Positions 60,405 through 64,000 of a stretch of DNA of 64,000 nucleotides are shown piece by piece. The stretch is taken from NCBI GenBank assembly GCA_050309605.1, contig JBNRMN010000010.1, positions 1-64,000 of the forward strand, given 5' to 3'. Every line of letters begins with the position of its first letter. Position 1 is the stretch's first letter. The position numbers were made by a program, and so were the translations under genes. Source of the stretch: Anaerohalosphaeraceae bacterium. Its GTDB lineage: Bacteria; Planctomycetota; Phycisphaerae; Sedimentisphaerales; Anaerohalosphaeraceae. The notes beneath the pieces are model-generated. The model was not told where the DNA came from and made no database searches. It saw nothing but the letters and a program-made list of their open reading frames with translations.

Positions 60405-62432
60405 ATGAAAAAGTTGTTGGTGTTAAGTATGATGTGGGCAGCGTGCTTATCTGCTGTCTCTGCGGCGGTGATTGTTAATGTCGAGCGTACCAACGGGTAT
60501 GGGCCGGACAATCGAGCTCCAATCGGCGCGTATGAACCGGACACGCCGCCGCTGCCGTGGCCGGAAGGGGGTCTGCAGACCGGAGTCAGCAGAGCGTTAA
60601 CCCCTTATGTGTATTCAGATCGGACGTTTTGGTGGAACAACGTACCCGACGAGATGGTCGGTTGGGAACACGTTCGTACCTTTAATAATGACAAAGAGCC
60701 GGAAGCAGCCGATGTGAAGTACACGGTGACGACATCTAAAGCCGCTGCCATTTGGATTGCGTTTGAAAGTCGTCTTGCCACCAGTACAGATTACTGGCGT
60801 CCGCTCGAGGAGCCCATCACTCCGTGGGGGCAAAACGCTCCTGAGTCGCCTCAGGTTTTAGTGGATTGGCTGACGCGCCATGTAGGCCCGCCCGGCACAT
60901 TTACTGATACGGGTATGACCGTAAACGTTCAAGAGGGCGATCCCGGTACGACACGGACGTTTTTAGTCTATTCTGCGCAACTTCCTGCCGGTTCGTATGA
61001 GTTTACCTGGCAAGCCAATCGAAACATAAGTAATTACATCATAGGGTCCGCTCCTCCGCCGAGCAAGGCCTGGGGTCCGAATCCGTATGACGGCGAGGAG
61101 CTGGTGGAAATTGAAAGGGTACTGTCCTGGGAAGCTCCGGAAGATCCGAACCTGACGATCTACGGCTATGATCTCTATCTGGATCCCAACGAAACCAAAG
61201 TCACAGCCGGCGACCCGACGGTTTTGAAGGCCGAAGGCTTGACGGAAACCAGCTACCCAGCCGATTTGCTGTATGACACGCAGTTCTTCTGGAGAGTGGA
61301 TGTCGCGGGTTTGTATGACGATGACCCGAATCAGATGACGGTGGTCAACCAGGGACCGGTCTGGCGTTTCTCGACGGCCCCCGAGGCGCCTGTGATCGTG
61401 ACCCAGCCGGTCGGACAGTCGCGCGGCCCCGCTGCCGGCAGACCGGACGCCCTGCTCGCGGTTGAAGCCACCAATGCGACCGATTATCAGTGGTATAAGG
61501 ACGGCGTCGAGATTCCGGGGGCCACCGAAGCGACCCTGTCGATTCCCGGCGTTACGCTCGAAGACGAAGGATTGTATTACTGCGTTGCGTCCAATGCCAT
61601 CGATGCGGTGGTGTCGGATGAGGTGTGGCTGGAGTATGCCCGTCTGACCAGTCATTGGACCTTTGATGACACGTATGGGGATGCCGTTGGCGGATATGAC
61701 ATCATACCGGCCGCTGAACCGAACGCTCCGACGTTTGCAGAGGGCAAAATCGGTAATGCCCTTGCACTTGACGGGATCAGCCAGTTTGCACGTATTCCGG
61801 CTGAAGCGCTGCCGAAGAATCAGCACGCTTTGACGATTGCGTTCTGGGCCAGAAATGATATCGGTACGGCCTCTGCAACGACGGCCTTTTACGCCAATAC
61901 GATTGAAGAACCGGGCAATCGCCTGATCAGTGCGCAGATTCCGTTTACCAATGGCAATGCTCAGTTTGATCTCGGCAATGCCGACAGCGGAGGAGGCTAT
62001 GATCGTGCCAGTGCCTCTATGCGGCCCGCGGACGATTGGGTATTCTGGGTAATTTCCAAAGATGTCGAAACCGGCGCTATGACGGTCTATCAGAACGGTT
62101 CTGAACTGGGTCGGAATGCCAATGCACAACGGCTGTTTTACGGCGTTGAAGAGTTCTTCGTCGGTGCCAGGAATTTTGATGACGGACTGGGACAGTTTTT
62201 CGGCGGAGCGATAGACGATCTGAAAATCTACAACTATGCCCTGGATCCGGTCGAAATCGCCTATCAGTATCATGACGTAACCGGCGATCCGGTATGTGTC
62301 AATCCGGACGATCCGGTCCTTCAGCAGTTTGATTACGACGGCAATTGTATCGTGGACATTGGCGATCTGGCGGTCTTTGCATCGAATTGGCTCTCCTGCC
62401 AGAGAGTGCCCGACTGTTTTGAGCGTCCGTGA
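60405..62432 (+). CDS. secreted protein: unknown N-terminal domain - FN3-like - Ig - LamG - dockerin-like, cassette 3
   Basis: GGAGG RBS and signal peptide. The C-terminal two-thirds is collinear with 15611 (RGPA.G.PDA.LAVEA.NAT.YQWYKD; EYARLTS). Confidence 0.85.
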   Translation: MKKLLVLSMMWAACLSAVSAAVIVNVERTNGYGPDNRAPIGAYEPDTPPLPWPEGGLQTGVSRALTPYVYSDRTFWWNNVPDEMVGWEHVRTFNNDKEPEAADVKYTVTTSKAAAIWIAFESRLATSTDYWRPLEEPITPWGQNAPESPQVLVDWLTRHVGPPGTFTDTGMTVNVQEGDPGTTRTFLVYSAQLPAGSYEFTWQANRNISNYIIGSAPPPSKAWGPNPYDGEELVEIERVLSWEAPEDPNLTIYGYDLYLDPNETKVTAGDPTVLKAEGLTETSYPADLLYDTQFFWRVDVAGLYDDDPNQMTVVNQGPVWRFSTAPEAPVIVTQPVGQSRGPAAGRPDALLAVEATNATDYQWYKDGVEIPGATEATLSIPGVTLEDEGLYYCVASNAIDAVVSDEVWLEYARLTSHWTFDDTYGDAVGGYDIIPAAEPNAPTFAEGKIGNALALDGISQFARIPAEALPKNQHALTIAFWARNDIGTASATTAFYANTIEEPGNRLISAQIPFTNGNAQFDLGNADSGGGYDRASASMRPADDWVFWVISKDVETGAMTVYQNGSELGRNANAQRLFYGVEEFFVGARNFDDGLGQFFGGAIDDLKIYNYALDPVEIAYQYHDVTGDPVCVNPDDPVLQQFDYDGNCIVDIGDLAVFASNWLSCQRVPDCFERP

Positions 62433-62568
62433 TTAAATTGTATAGAGTGTTGAAATTGTCAATCGTACTGATCCGGGGTCCGCTCGGCGGACTCCGGATA
62501 TATGTCTATAATGTAAAAGCGGCGCCAATGACGGCCGTCGATCAAAATGACCATAATGGAGAATACGT

Positions 62569-63357
62569 ATGAAACAGACAGGATTGTGCAAGAAAGGATT
62601 TACGCTGATCGAATTACTGGTGGTCATTGCCATTATCGCACTGCTGATGTCGATCGTAACCCCGGCAATGCGAAAGGCCAAAGAGTATGCCCGAAAGATC
62701 ATGTGTCAGTCCAACTACAAACAGTTGGGCCTTGCACTCGGCTCGTACGAGGCTCACACAGGTTATAATTTCCGAAATTACAATTCCGCCGCTGATGTAG
62801 ATGACTTGTCGCGCCACTGGTTCTGGTATAACGGTACCGGCGACTATGCTCACGAAGCGTCGCCCTACGCCATCCGGCATTTGCGAAATTCCGGCGTGCT
62901 GCCTTCCTCTGAGGTTCTGTTTTGTCCGGGCGTCAGGAACCTGTCGTTTGATCAAAACTATCCGGCCAGCAAAGTGGTTGCGGGGGATTATGCGCCTCAG
63001 AACACAGATAATATCTATGCAAGCGTGGAAAACGGCGCGTTGCCTTCAAACGACAGACCGTTGTTTTGGAGTACTCATACATGGATTTGGAAAAAAGAGA
63101 TTCGGGGAGATGTCGTCTCGGTCAATAATATGTCTTCCGGTGCGATGATGTGCGATATGACCGAAGGCAGTTGGCAATTCGCTGCGGAGACCAATTCTAC
63201 ATTTCGAAATTTCTTTAATGCCGTCGGCGTTTCCCGGATGTTTCAGCACTGCAATGTTTTAATGAACGATATGAGTGTCAAGAATCCGACCGATAAGGAT
63301 GAAGAATTGGTTCAATGGCTGTGGAATTCAGATCGCTGGGCCGGATCGGGATATTAA
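62569..63357 (+). CDS. prepilin-type N-terminal cleavage/methylation protein, cassette 3
   Basis: [34 protein letters not shown] and LFCP. The C-terminal motif is degenerate (NVLMNDMS). Confidence 0.88.
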   Translation: MKQTGLCKKGFTLIELLVVIAIIALLMSIVTPAMRKAKEYARKIMCQSNYKQLGLALGSYEAHTGYNFRNYNSAADVDDLSRHWFWYNGTGDYAHEASPYAIRHLRNSGVLPSSEVLFCPGVRNLSFDQNYPASKVVAGDYAPQNTDNIYASVENGALPSNDRPLFWSTHTWIWKKEIRGDVVSVNNMSSGAMMCDMTEGSWQFAAETNSTFRNFFNAVGVSRMFQHCNVLMNDMSVKNPTDKDEELVQWLWNSDRWAGSGY

Positions 63358-63511
63358 CGGTATTCTGTGTGGGATAAACCATCCGCGGTTTTGGGAATGT
63401 ATGGAATGTCGGCGATAGGGATTTCGTACCGAGTTTGGAAGCCGGCATACTTGTCGCCGGTCATCTATCTGACAACGTTATTGTTTGGGATATTGTTGAA
63501 TTATGCTTTGT

Positions 63512-64000
63512 ATGACTCGCAAGAATCCAATCGTGTGGGTAACGTATTGTATTATCCTGGTTATGTCTTTGGACACGGCGGCAAAATCAGCCCAGCCGCA
63601 GCCGTTGTCCGCCGCGCAGTCTGTTCGCGGGTGGATGCTGCTGTCCAACCGAGTGGACGACGGCCTGCGCGTTATTGAACGGGCGAAAGATTACGACATC
63701 AACCACCTCCAATTGTCTCACCATATCATTCATGATTTACGTCATGTGCGCGACGAAAGCCGGCTTGCACGGGTCCACCGACTGACGGAAGCGGCGCATC
63801 AGGCCGGTATTCAGGAAGTCGTGCTTTGGGATCGCACGCTCTATTCGCTCAGCTACTACCCTGATGAGTTTCGATCCGGCCCGAACAATACGATTGACTT
63901 GGACAATCCGGCGTTCTGGGAATGGTTTAAGAACGATTATCGGGACATGCTCGACAAAGTTCCGGATATTCAGGGACTGATTCTGACCTTTATTGAAACC
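63512..64000 (+). CDS. secreted protein, possibly a TIM-barrel glycoside hydrolase (runs off the window edge)
   Basis: Hand-translated open frame absent from the ORF track: MTRKNPIVWVTYCIILVM...YDINHLQLSHHIIHDL...DLDNPAFWEWFKNDY...PDIQGLILTFIET. Confidence 0.6.
   Translation, partial: MTRKNPIVWVTYCIILVMSLDTAAKSAQPQPLSAAQSVRGWMLLSNRVDDGLRVIERAKDYDINHLQLSHHIIHDLRHVRDESRLARVHRLTEAAHQAGIQEVVLWDRTLYSLSYYPDEFRSGPNNTIDLDNPAFWEWFKNDYRDMLDKVPDIQGLILTFIET

Noticed and set aside
63367..63678. 103-aa ORF in the track
   Set aside because: It overlaps a more plausible ORF starting at 63512 in another frame.
1..64000. CRISPR arrays, tRNA/rRNA, DGR or retron elements, and a canonical cellulosome
   Set aside because: No regularly spaced direct repeats, structural RNA signatures, reverse transcriptase or cohesin were seen. 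The repeats present are protein-domain paralogy.

Overview
A bacterial region that looks like Planctomycetota, probably Phycisphaerae/Sedimentisphaerales. This is inferred from ECF-sigma/FecR pairs, H-X9-DG prepilin-type proteins and D-x-N-x-D...WL dockerin-like tags. Positions 1-7.7 kb hold secreted proteins (a truncated PASTA-repeat gene, a CARDB-type protein and an extracellular-repeat protein) between two transposase remnants. Positions 7.9-64 kb form one large glycan-degradation island: GH95 and GH95-like, GH97, PL6-like, a GH2-alginate lyase fusion, GH29-like, GH36/27, GH27-ThuA, GH28, beta-helix proteins and a CotH-type protein. The most striking structure is a four-part cassette present three times: ECF sigma, FecR/NPCBM anti-sigma, non-catalytic LamG/Ig/dockerin-like protein(s) and a prepilin-type protein. 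It sits at the head of CAZyme runs, where Bacteroidota PULs have susC/susD. No TonB-dependent receptor or sugar transporter is recognisable in the window. A candidate ECF promoter (TGWAAGM-N15-MGWAYA) recurs in front of several of these units. All family assignments come from motif recognition by eye, not database searches. No rRNA, tRNA or CRISPR array was seen.
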